64,000 bases of DNA from Prorocentrum cordatum (taxonomy: Eukaryota), in assembly GCA_963575745.1 (NCBI GenBank), contig CAUYUJ010000248.1:434001-498000 (forward strand). Reading direction: 5' to 3'. Position 1 is the first letter of the stretch; the number at the start of each line of letters is the position of its first letter. The notes under the pieces are model-generated. The model worked only from the letters and a program-made list of their open reading frames with translations, had not been told where the DNA came from and did no database searches. A program made the position numbers and the translations under genes. Of the stretch, positions 1 to 16,705 are shown piece by piece.

Positions 1-597
1 GCCCCTCGACCCCCGAGGAGCCCCGAAGGTAGCAGAATGGCGCCCCGAGGTGCAGCGGTACGCGCACCCCGAGTGGTCCAGGACGGTCTCAACACCTCAA
101 CCCTAGGGCGCAGAGCGCCCCAGTAGCGCCGCTGGCGGCGGCGCCAGGGTGTTGAGACTGCGCTCAACTATTCGGGGGGTCTGCTGAGGCCAGCCAGGAC
201 TACTCGGGGGGCCTGCTCACGCCAGCCAGGCTGCCTGGGGGTGCTGCATACGCGCAACCCGAAGCCTTGCCACGAGGTGCGGCGGTGCGCGCACCGAGCC
301 CGAGCTCGAGTCCGAGCCCGAGCACAAGCCAGAGCCCGATCCTAGAAGCCCGAGCCCGATCCCCGAGCCCGATCCTCTGAGGCCCAGCCCGGTTCCGAGC
401 CCGACCCCCCGATCCGCCGAGCCCGAGCACGAGGGCAGTGGCCCGACGCCCGGAGGTGCGGCGGTACGCGCACCCCACTGAGTTCGCTTTCTTCGGGCCG
501 CTGCCCGAGCCGACGCTTGGCAGGCGCACCGCTCGGGGGGGCGCGCGCGCGCGGGCCGCCTGCCCGCGCGCCTGACTGGAGAGGCATATCCAATAGG

Positions 598-6618
<6,021 letters not shown>

Positions 6619-6725
6619 TCCGCCTGGTTTGCCTTTCTCCGCCAGAATTCTCTTCCGCGCGCGCCGTTGCGCAATTCGAGGGGGGGGCGCCCGCGGGGCG
6701 CCCGCCCCCCTTGCCCGCCGAGCCG

Positions 6726-6746
6726 GGAGGACGAGGAGGAGAGGAG

Positions 6747-6778
<32 letters not shown>

Positions 6779-6835
6779 GGACGAGGAGGAGGAGGAGGAG
6801 GACGAGGAGGAGGCGGAGGAGGAGGAGGACGACGA
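6726..6835. repeat. (GAG)n microsatellite
   Basis: Seen directly. Confidence 0.9.
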
Positions 6836-7149
6836 GCTCGCCCTGAAAAATCACCCCGTCCACCCCCCTGGCCCCCGCGCCCTGGATCGCCACCCCGCGC
6901 CCCCCCCCCTGGCCTTCCAGGCAGCCCGGAATTGTCAGCCCCCCGTCTGCCTGCCCTGCCCCCCCGCTATTGCGGGGGCGAGGAGGCCCGCGAAACAATT
7001 GTTTTAATCGTCCGCCCCAAAAAGTTTTTCCCGGAAAGGGCTCGAGCCCAGGGTTCTCTTTTAGTTGTCTCCCCCCGGTTTCGACTGCTGTAGGGCCGGC
7101 GAAATTATTCTGCGATCAATGACGTGCGGGAGTAGGGCCGGCGAATTAA

Positions 7150-7575
7150 AATTTGAGGATGTCTCGAACGAAACGCTTGAATTTCAGAATTTGTTGAGGA
7201 TGTCTCGAGCGAAACGCTTGTTTTGTATTATATATTGTGCTCTCCTGGGGACCTGAATTCAGAGGATCTCTCAGGTGAAATGCTTGTTTTCACGAGCCCA
7301 GGTTTTGAGGATGTTTCGAGCGAGACGCTTAGTTTCACGCTTCCAGGTTGCCCAGACGGGTGTCTAGCATGAGGATTTGTTGAGGATGTCTCGAACCAGA
7401 GGCTTGTTTTCACGTGTCCAAGTTGCCTAGGCGGATGTCTAGCACGAGGCGGTGTCGAGGAAGTCTCGATCGAGACGCTTGTTTGCGCGTGTCCAGGTTG
7501 TCCAGGCGGATGTCTAGCATGAGGATGTGCTGAGAACATTTTGAGCGAAACTCGTGTTTTCACGTGTCCAGGTCG
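7150..7575. repeat. Degenerate ~75-bp tandem repeat
   Basis: GAGGATGTCTCGA-like / CTTGTTTTCACGTGTCCAGG motifs recur at about 7307, 7382, 7457 and 7532, with partial copies from 7155. Confidence 0.8.
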
Positions 7576-7579
7576 CCCA

Positions 7580-9389
7580 GGCACAGCACAGCCCTCGGCA
7601 CGTACATCAATATCGATACCCTTAGCATTGCAGCCTGGCACGTTGCCTGGCACGTTCCGCGGAGCGTCCCGTGGCGAGTCCCCCTGGCACCTCGCGCGGT
7701 GCATGTCCATTGGCTCGTTCCGTAGCGCGTCCCCTTGGCACGTCCCGCGGTGCGTGCCCATGGCGCGTCCCTTGGGACGTTCCGCGGCGCGTCCTCCTGG
7801 CATGTCCCCCTGTCCATTAGCTCTGGGGCAGCTACTATGTGCTGAGGCCGCTCGAGCTTAAGATCTAGGTCGGTTCGGTCAGGACTCGTGTGCAAAGGAG
7901 GACTCGATCCACAACGCTATAGAGCACAATCGCGGCATGGCACGTCGCAGTTCAGCACAGCGCAGCACAGCACAGCCCACGGCACGGTACATCAAGTTCG
8001 ATACACTCAGCATTGCAACTTCGGCACGTTCCGTGGCGCGTCCCGTGGCGAGTCCCCCTGGCACGTCGCGCGGCGCGTCCCCTGGAACGTCCTGTGGCAC
8101 GTCCATTGGCACGTTCCGTAGCGCGTCCCCTTGGCTCGTCCCGCGGTGTCCCCATGGCACGCCCGTTGGCACGTCGCCTGGCGCGTCCCTTGGGACGTTT
8201 CGCGTCGCGTCCTCCTGGCATGTCCCTTTTGTCAATTAGCTCTGGGGCAGCTATATGTGTTCAGGCAGCTCGAGCTTCAGATCCAGATCAGTTCGGTCAG
8301 GACTCGGATGCAAAGGAGGACTCGATCCACGACGCTATAGAGCACAATCGCGGCATGGCACATCGCAATTCAGCACGGCGCAGCACAGCACAGGTCTCGG
8401 CAGGGTATATCAGGATCGATACACTCAGCATTGCAACCTGGCACGTTTCTGGCACGTTCCGTGGCGCGTCCGGTGGCGAGTCCCCTTGGCAAGTCGCGTG
8501 GCGCGTCCCCTGGCACGTCCTCTGGCACGTCCATTGTCACGTTCCGTAGCGCGTCCCTTTGAAGGCACATCCCGCGGTGCGTCCCCATGGCACGTCCCCT
8601 GGCACGTCGCCTGGCGCGTCCCTTGGGACGTTTCGCGGCGCGTCCTCCTGGCATGTTCCCCTGTCAGTTAGCTCTGAGGCAGCTACTATGTGCTGAGGCA
8701 GCTCGAGCTTAAGATCCAGATCAGTTCGGTCAGGACTCGGATGCAAAGGAGGACTCGATCCACAACGCTATAGAGCACAATCGCGGCATGGCACATCGCA
8801 GTTCAGCACAGCGCAGCACAGCACAGCTCTCGGCACGGTACATCAAAATCGATACATTAAGCATTGCATTTGCCCGTCGCCCAATCAGGTGTCTTTCAAA
8901 CGTTGCCATGCCTTACATTTCTATATTCCTTTCCGGGTTCGTGGGTCGATCATGTTTTAATCGTTTCCTCCCATTAAGTCGGTCTCTTGGGGGGCTCTTG
9001 GGGGCCCATTGGGGCGGGAGGCCACAATCCTCGTGAGGGATGGCGACAAATAGCCTCTGCCCTGGGATCGCGCGGGGGATTCGGGATCGGCCGGGGTACG
9101 TTTCGTGCGGAGCTCCCCAAGGGCAGCCCCGCGCGCGCGAACGACAAAAATGTTAAGCAACTGGAGATCTTAGCACGTCTCTGGCCCGTTGGGCCGGCGA
9201 ATTTACCAATCCAGGGCGCCACCACGCCCCACCCTCTTCCTCCTCCTCCTCCTGCTCATTTCTCTCGGCTCAGTTCGGCAGCGGTGCGGAACGCAGAGGC
9301 TTCCGACTTTGCACTGCCTCGCTTCAGGGCAGCCAGTGCCACGCACCAGCCTGGGTTGCAATGGGCCGTTCTTCTGCAATCGGGCCTGT
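7580..9389. repeat. Interspersed repeat, copy 1: three ~420-bp tandem units plus a unique right arm
   Basis: ACTCGATCCAC.ACGCTATAGAGCACAATCGCGGCATGGCAC recurs at about 7902, 8320 and 8753. The right arm ends ...CTGCAATCGGGCCTGT at 9389. Confidence 0.85.
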
Positions 9390-10639
9390 TCCTGCACAGG
9401 AGGAGTCTTCAAAAATAGTCCAACCATAGTCTGGGGACGACTTTTTGATTTCTTTTGAACTGTGTTGGGGTATCGTTGGACTGTTTTTAATTTTCGTCCA
9501 AAACCCGTTTGTGGGAGGACGCGCCCGACCTGACATTGTGCCTGCTTCCTCAAGGCTAATTTTCACAACACCAGTCGTCTCAGCCCTGTCTTAGCCATAG
9601 TCTTCGGTACTCGCCCCAGAATGGGGAACAAAGAGGGTGGAAGCGGCGCCCACAAGGGTCGTAGGACTGATTGCGGTGGCCACCCAGCGTTCTGTTGCAC
9701 AGCCAGCGCCGATGGCATCGACTGTCTGGAAGTCAGTATAGTAGCTCACTTGCTGCGTGCAGATCGCTCGATTGTCGAGGTGAGCAATGTCAATCCCCTG
9801 AACACCACCGTCAATTGATGCTTTTGGCTTCTCGGGTCGCTCTGGTGAGGCCTTTCGAGGCCACTTCGAGTGTCTTGGGGGCTTTTTCTTGGGCCGTTTT
9901 GGGATCATGTTCGGCGTCGTGGAGCGTCCTTTGGGCGTGTCGGGAGCCTCTTGGTCAGTCTTAGCGGCCTCTTGGGGCCTTCTTGGCGCGCCCTGGGGGG
10001 CCTGACAGGCCGTACTCAGGAGGAAAACCATCTCTGAGTAGAATTCCCCGTGACCTTTCCGCGACCTTCCCGGGCTGCGGTTCAGGCCTTCTGCAGCGCT
10101 CTTGGAGGCTTTTGGGGCGCCCTTGCAGCTACCTTGGAGGGCGTCGATCAAAAAAGAAGGTCAGCGTTTGATGGATTTTCGTCTTGGCGGCCTCCTTTGA
10201 GAGGCTGCGTGGCCACTTGGAGCCGTCTGGGAACTGTCTCGGGGCTTCTTGGAGTTTTGGAAACCATGCTGAGCCATCTGGAGCAATCTTGGAGGTCATC
10301 TTATCCTCTTTGAAGGCCTCCTGGAGCCATCTTGTGCCATCTTGGGCGCTCGTTTCCCTTGGCGCAGAAGGGCCCCGAGACGGCCCGAGCGGTATCCAAG
10401 ACAGGTTAGAGGGGCTTCAAACATTCCACGAGGGGCCCAACAGGAAGAGCCCGCACCAACTAAAAGATCCCACGAGGGGCCGAAGAGGGGGAGCCCGAAC
10501 CAAAAATCCAGCATCTTCAGCGTTTTGAAGCCTTGTGAACGTTTTCATGGGGGCTCTGCGAGCTTCTCCAGGGTTTATCGGCGCATCGTGGGAGTTTGTT
10601 GGGGGCCTCTTGGTGCTCTTTTGGTGTCGTATTCAGGCG

Positions 10640-11627
10640 TCGGCACGTCCATTGGCACGTTCCGTAGCGCGTCCCCTTGGCACGTCCCGCGGTGCGTCCC
10701 CATGGCTCGTCCCTTGGCACGTCGCCTGGCGCGTCCCTTGGAACGTTCCGCGGCGCGTCCTCCTGGCATGATCCCTCTGTCGATTAGTTCTGGGGCAGCT
10801 ACCATCTGCTCAGGCAACTCGAGCTTACGCTCCTCATCAGTTCGGTGAGGACTCGGATGCCAGGGAGGACTCGATCCTCAATGCTATGTAGAGCACAATC
10901 GCGGCATGGCACATCGCACTTCAGCACGGCGTAGCACAGCACAGCCCTCGGCACAGTACATCATCATCGATACATTCAGCATTGCATGTGCCCGTCGCCT
11001 AATCACGTGTCTTTGAGATGTTGCAATACCATACATTTCTATATTCCTTTCCGGGTTCGTGGGTCGATCATGTTATTCATCGGTTCGCTCATTCCGCTGG
11101 CCCTGGAGAGCTATGTGGGGCCTCTTGGGGCCGTCTTGGGGGCTTCTTGGGAGCGTCTTCGGCCTCGTTGTCAGCGTATTGGGCTCCCCTGTGGCCTCTT
11201 GGGGGGATCTTGGGGGCCCCTTGGGACGGGAGGCCACGATCCTCGTGAGGGATGTCGACAAATAGCCTCCGCCCTGGGATCGCGCGGGGGATTGGTGATC
11301 GGCCGGGGTACGTTTCGTGCGGGGCTCCCCAGGGGCCGCCCCGCGCGCGCGAACGACAAAAATGTTAAGCAAGTGGAGATCTTAGCACGTCGCTGGCCCA
11401 TTGGGCCGGCGAATTTACCAATCCAGGGCGCCACTGTTGTCTCGTGACCGCGCGCCATCACGCCTCACCCTCCTTCTCCTCTTCTCCTCCTGCCCATCTC
11501 TCTCGGCTCAGTTCGGCAGCGCTGCGGTACGCAGAGGCTTCCGACTTTGCATGGCCCCGCTTCAGGGCAGCCAGTGCCACGCACCAGCCTGGGTTGCAAT
11601 GGGCCGTTCTTCTGCAATCGGGCCTGT
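10640..11627. repeat. Interspersed repeat, copy 2 (homologous to ~8520-9389)
   Basis: Same 420-bp unit and right arm (e.g. CTATATTCCTTTCCGGGTTCGTGGGTCGATCATGTT), ending at the same CTGCAATCGGGCCTGT. Confidence 0.85.
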
Positions 11628-12571
11628 CGACTTGAGGCACGCACAGACGTGGCTTGACAGCCGCCTGCGCGACCTGAACGAGGATCAGAGGTTGGTAGGA
11701 GGGAGGAGGACGAAGAGGAAGGAGGAGGAGGAGGAGGAGGAGAAGAAGAAGGAGGATGAGGAGAAGGAGGAGGAGGAGGAGGACCAGTGCAAATCCAAGA
11801 CGCATCAACGATGTTGAAATACACCCTCCCTCCAAGATCCGCCACGTTCCATCTTCATAGGTCCCTGAAGGAAATTATGCTCATTGCGGGAAGTGGCCCG
11901 TTAGAAGACAACAGTCTGAGAATCCTCCATCGTGCCAAACACCGTTCCTGGGATTCCAGCGCCGCGGATCGACATGACTGGTGGGTCTTGACAATCCGAC
12001 ATCCTGCCAGAACGCCGTTCCTGGGACTACAACACCGCAAATCAGCGTGACTGTTAGGTCCCGACAATCCATGACAGTCCTGAATCGGGCCAGAGCACCA
12101 TTCCTGTGCGTGCCGCCACGTCGGTAGCCACATTCTGAAAAGGAATCGCCCTCCACCCGTGAAACTGCTGCAAACGTTAAAGACGAATGTGCGCGGCGCT
12201 GAGGCGAGAATCACATTTTGAAAGCCACCCGTCCTGTATCCGTGAAACTGCTGCAAGCTTTTAAGACGAATGCGCGCGGCGCTGAGGCGAGAGCCACATT
12301 TTGAAAAACGCCTGAAACCGGCGCGACCCCAATTAGGGGGAAGCTTCCTATTGCATGGACGCATTGCTTGGCATTGTTTGGCATTGCTTGGCATGAGGCA
12401 CCCGGGGAACCCTGGGAACCTCCGAGCAATGGGCAAACTAACCCCCCGAGGCACCAACCTTGAACCAGGTAAGAACCCCTTAGGCAAGCCTAATTGGGTA
12501 GAAATTCAAGCACGACCCCACTCTCCCAGGTCGAGTAGCGAGTTGCCCTTTTCTCGGCTCTCGAGAGGGCT

Positions 12572-14251
12572 ATGCGGCCGCCACTGTGGCGCGCCTGCGC
12601 CCGCCTGACCGCCTGGGGCGGCGACCTTCGGGAACCTCGGGCGGCGGTCGACATGGATATATTCGGGACCTGGGCTGGCCATTATCCATATCCACCACCT
12701 GCCGAGGTCCCCGAAGATCGCCACCTCAGGCGATGGCTGTGGATAAAGCCCCGCCTCGCAGAGGACGACTTCGAGGGAGGCCTCCGCATTTTCTGCACCA
12801 GCAACCTGGTGCCTCCGGAGGCCTTCCAAGACGTCTGGCACGTGATCTCCAGGGACTCGGACATACGCGAAGGTACACCCCTGCTCAGCGGGGAGGACTC
12901 GGCCCAGCTGCACACCATCCTGGTGTTCTGCAACCAGAACAGTTGCAACGAGGTCAAGAGGCTCTGTGACATCATCACGAACATAGATACGGGCAGCCAG
13001 GACGCCCCGCCGATGTTCTGGGTGCCCCACTCCGCTGCGCCTGGTTCCCAACGCCAAGACAACTCGGACTTAGTGAGGCCAGAGCTGGTGGGTGATCTCT
13101 TGCACAAGGGCCTGGACGGCATCGTGTGCGGCGAGCCAGCGGGGCTGCGACTCTCCATGGCCGTGCGCTCGATGATCCGCAAGTCGGCGAGCCTCTCGCG
13201 GAACCTGACCGAAATGGTCGCGGAGACCCGCTCGCGGACGCAGTACGCGGAGTATTTGCAGCATTGCGCGCACGCGACCCTGTGGGACTACGTGAGGGCC
13301 CGCCTGGCGCCCGAGATCCCGCCCGTCGACCACAACCTTGAGCCCGGAGAGCCGCAGGAGCTTCCCGGCTACATCATCGGGAACAAGCTCGGACAGGGGA
13401 TGTTTGGGTCTGTCTACAAGCTGACGGAGGGGCCCGGGGTGGGCAACAGGGTCCAGGTTGTCAAGGTGGTGTCCACTGAGGCCATCACGGAAATCAGAGA
13501 CTTGATGTACCTCAACCGCATGATCCGCGTGATGCAGATGCTGAGCGACGAGGAAACGCGTCACCCGAACATTATTCGCCTTCACCAGACATACCACTCG
13601 CCGACGCACATCATCTTTCGACTGGAGTACGGGGGCCCAGAGAACTTGTACCGCCGCCTGCACCACCGCCAAGCACTTCAGCCGGAGAAGCAGCGACCAC
13701 TGAGCATCGACAGGGTCGTGAAGATCGCCTCGCAGTGCGTCGAGGCAGTGTGGCACATGCACGCAGTGGTGCAGGTCTGCCACCGCGACATCAAGCCAGA
13801 AAATATCATCGTGAATGAGACACCCGAGACCATCACCATCAAGCTGGCCGACTTCGACCTCTCCGTCATCATCCAGGACGACAGCAAGATGTGCCAGAGC
13901 CCCTGCGGCACCGTGCCCTTCGCCGCCCCAGAGGTGCTCCGAGATGGTCCCGCCTTCGACCCCTGCCCAGCGGACATCTGGAGCCTGGGCGTCGTGCTCG
14001 CGGAGGTATTCTGCGGGGTGCGTGTGGTGGAGCTCGCGATCAAGGACGCAGAACCAGAGGTGCGGCCAGAGGGCGAAAACACAACGTTCACCGAGTGCAT
14101 CCAGACCTTCTTCCAGATGCCTGCCGCGGTTGCCAACATGCTGGAGAAGAGTTGCCGCCCAGAGCTCCGCTCACTGCTGCCCACCTGCAGTGCGATGCTC
14201 ACAGGGATGCTGGTGGTCGACCCCACTCAGAGGATCGGAGGCGTCATCTAA
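12572..14251 (+). CDS. Intronless Ser/Thr protein kinase (CAMK-like), atypical DFD motif; possibly a 3'-truncated retrocopy
   Basis: 559-aa ORF with GQGMFGSVY, VVK, HPNII, HRDIKPEN, ADFDLS, CGTVPFAAPEV, DIWSLGV and DPTQR. It stops four residues after the subdomain XI Arg and runs into repeat DNA. Confidence 0.9.
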   Translation: MRPPLWRACARLTAWGGDLREPRAAVDMDIFGTWAGHYPYPPPAEVPEDRHLRRWLWIKPRLAEDDFEGGLRIFCTSNLVPPEAFQDVWHVISRDSDIREGTPLLSGEDSAQLHTILVFCNQNSCNEVKRLCDIITNIDTGSQDAPPMFWVPHSAAPGSQRQDNSDLVRPELVGDLLHKGLDGIVCGEPAGLRLSMAVRSMIRKSASLSRNLTEMVAETRSRTQYAEYLQHCAHATLWDYVRARLAPEIPPVDHNLEPGEPQELPGYIIGNKLGQGMFGSVYKLTEGPGVGNRVQVVKVVSTEAITEIRDLMYLNRMIRVMQMLSDEETRHPNIIRLHQTYHSPTHIIFRLEYGGPENLYRRLHHRQALQPEKQRPLSIDRVVKIASQCVEAVWHMHAVVQVCHRDIKPENIIVNETPETITIKLADFDLSVIIQDDSKMCQSPCGTVPFAAPEVLRDGPAFDPCPADIWSLGVVLAEVFCGVRVVELAIKDAEPEVRPEGENTTFTECIQTFFQMPAAVANMLEKSCRPELRSLLPTCSAMLTGMLVVDPTQRIGGVI

Positions 14252-14460
14252 ATGCCCACCTCACCGATATCTGGGCCAGGCCAGGACCAGTGCATGGGTG
14301 TGCCCTCCTCTAGGCTGGCTTCTGGTGTGGCTTTCCGGTGTTGCCTTTTCTGTGTTCTTGCTATGCTGTTGCCATGTGACTGTGATGATATTGGCACGCT
14401 GATGCCATATTATGGCCATGCCTGAACCATATTATTGACGCTCCGCGTATCCCCACCAGC

Positions 14461-14712
14461 TCTGACTCACACCGAGCGATCGACCTCTGCGTGTTTATGG
14501 TCGCGCCGCAGCGCCATTTTGGCTACGCTTACTTGCTGGTCGCCACCGGGGTTTCCAACGCCACCGGGTTTGAGAGTATCGGTTCTGGCTCTTCTTCTGA
14601 GTGGCTGCCCGCGCGCTCGCTTCGCTTGCCTTTCTTTTCCTGCTGCCTAGTCGCGGCCCGACTAGTGTTCGGACGGCTTTCGACCCGCCTCGCGAGCCTG
14701 TTGACCAAAAAA
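14461..14712 (+). mobile_element. Short retroelement insertion (5'-truncated LINE 3' end or SINE) with A6 tail
   Basis: Flanked by the direct repeat GTATCCCCACCAGC (14447-14460 and 14713-14726) and ends in AAAAAA. Shares two motifs with the 3' end of the giant element. Confidence 0.85.
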
Positions 14713-15315
14713 GTATCCCCACCAGCCCATTCAGCAACGAGGCCCAGACGAGTTGCCCTGATCAGAGAAGGGGGGGGAGGGGCACAAAGGACTCGGGAAG
14801 CCTTCATACCCCAACAGGGGGAAGGTGGAGGATGAATCGGAGGAGATGGAGGAGGACACGGAGGAGGAGGAGGGGGGAGGAAAGAAAAGGAAGAGGGAGG
14901 ACGGAGAAGAAGTAAGAGGACGGTAAGAACGAAGAGGGCGAGCAGAAGAACAAGAGGCCGCTTGGCTGCCTCTCGGAGTCTCTTGGGATGTCTCCTGGGA
15001 GCTTCTTGGAGGCCTTTTGAAGCGTCTTGGGCGCCTCTTGGCGGTCCCGGGGGCATCTTGGAGCGTCTTCGGTGCCGCGGGGGAGCCTCTCGGGGCTCTT
15101 GAGGGGGCCGCTTGGGAGCCTCTTGGGGGCCTCTTGGGGCTTCCTGGGCGCCTCTTGGAGCCTCGTTGGGGCACTCTTGGGAGCCTTGGGGGCTCTCTGG
15201 GAGGCTCCCGAGGAGGTGGGTGGGTTGGTGGAGGGGCGGGGGGATGGGGGGGGGGGTGGGGGGCCGGTGAGGGTGGAGGGGGCGCGGAGAGAGGGGTGGA
15301 GGGGCGAGGGCGGGC

Positions 15316-16120
15316 CATGCTGTTGCCATGCTTTTGCCATGCAGTTGCCATGCAGATGCCATGCCATTGCCTTGCTATTGCCATGCAGTTGCCATGGAGT
15401 TGCCATGCAATTGCCGTGCAGTTGCCATGCAGTTGCCATGCTTTTGCCATGAAATTGCCATGCAGTTGCCATGCAATTGCCATGCTATTGCCATGCGATT
15501 GCCATGCAGTTGCCATGCAATTGCCCTGCCCTTGCCATGCTGTTGCCATGCAGTTGCCATGCAGTTGCCGTGCAGTTGCCATTCGGTTGTCATGCGGTTG
15601 CCATACAACTGCCATGCAGGTGCCATGCTAATGCAATGTTGCTGCCATGATATTGCCATACAATTGCCATGCAACTGCCCTGCCATTGCCATGCAGTTGC
15701 AATGCTATTGTCATGCTGCTGCCTTGCAATTGCCATACAGTTGCCATGCTATTGCCATGTTTTTGCCGTGCCGTTGCCATGCGATTGCCATGCTGTTGCC
15801 ATGCAGTGTCCATGCAATTGCCATGCAGTTGCCATGAAGATGCCATGTTATAGCCATGCTATTGCCATGCAACTTCCACGCAGTTGCCATGCTATTGGCA
15901 TGCAGTTGCCATGCTATTGTCATGCAGTTGCCATGCAATTGCCATGCTGTTGCCATGCTAGTGCAATGCTGTTGCCATGCTGTTTCCATGCTTTTGCCAT
16001 GCAGTTGTCATGCAAATGTCATGCTGTTGCCATGCTGATGCCATGAAGTTCCCCTGCTATTGCCATGCAGTTGCCATGCCATTGGTGTGCCATTGCCATG
16101 CTATTGCCATGCAATTGCCA
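15316..16120. repeat. 11-bp satellite (GTTGCCATGCA-type)
   Basis: Seen directly. Source of the spurious MLLPCCCHAVA ORFs. Confidence 0.95.
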
Positions 16121-16259
16121 TTCCTAGGCTGGCCTGGTGTGGTGTTCCGGTTTTGCCTTTTTCCGTGTCCGTGCTATGATTGTGCCATGTGATTGCCATG
16201 AGATTGGCACGCTGGTGCCGTACTATGGCCATGCCTGTACCATATTCTTGACACTTCGC

Positions 16260-16272
16260 GTATCCCTACCAG
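16260..16272 (+). repeat. Left target-site duplication of the giant retrotransposon (GTATCCCTACCAG)
   Basis: Identical 13-mer at 47772-47784, immediately after the (TA)n tail. Confidence 0.9.
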
Positions 16273-16294
16273 TCCGTAGCCCCTCTGGCTCAAG
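16273..16294 (+). other. Dinoflagellate spliced-leader relic
   Basis: TCCGTAGCCCCTCTGGCTCAAG matches DCCGTAGCCATTTTGGCTCAAG at 19/22 and begins at the first base after the TSD. Confidence 0.88.
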
Positions 16295-16705
16295 CCGTCT
16301 GGTGGGCCTGCCCTCTCCGGGGCAGTCTCCCGCCGCTCAAGGGGGCGCCCAGACGCTGCGCCGGGGGCCCGCGGCCCTGGACCCCCTCCAGCCCCGGGCG
16401 CGCCAGCCATCGCGAACGCCTTCCCGCCGCGCAGACGGGCTCAGCGGCCCGAGGCTCAGATCGGATCAGGACCGCTGCCTCATGTTTGGTCGGCCTGATA
16501 TAGCTTACGATCGATCGGCGACAATCCTGTCATCCCTGCGGGGGAAAGAGCCGCATCATCCGATGTCGGCCTCGGGACCACTGGGCCAAATGACTTTGGA
16601 CAGACTCGCCCTGGATCTCAGGACACCATCCCGCTGGGGCAACCGTCGCTCTCTGTTCCCTGGAATGGGAGCGTTTCGGCCGATGCTTCGGGCACGCGAG
16701 GACAA

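Larger units (their letters stand above)
14310..16123 (+). repeat. Host repeat unit, copy 1 (retroelement target): unique head, GA-rich part, CTCTTGG repeats, 11-bp satellite
   Basis: Aligns by eye with 16124-16272 joined to 47785-48760 (CTAGGCTGGC...GTATCCC.ACCAGCCC...GCCCAGACGAGTTGCCCTG.TCAGAGAAG). Confidence 0.88.

Noticed and set aside
9590..9816. Possible minus-strand LINE endonuclease fragment (ICTQQV...RWVA...VPH)
   Set aside because: Too short and degenerate to support without a profile search.
12157..12310. Two-copy ~83-bp direct repeat upstream of the kinase as a regulatory element
   Set aside because: The duplication is real, but nothing supports a function.
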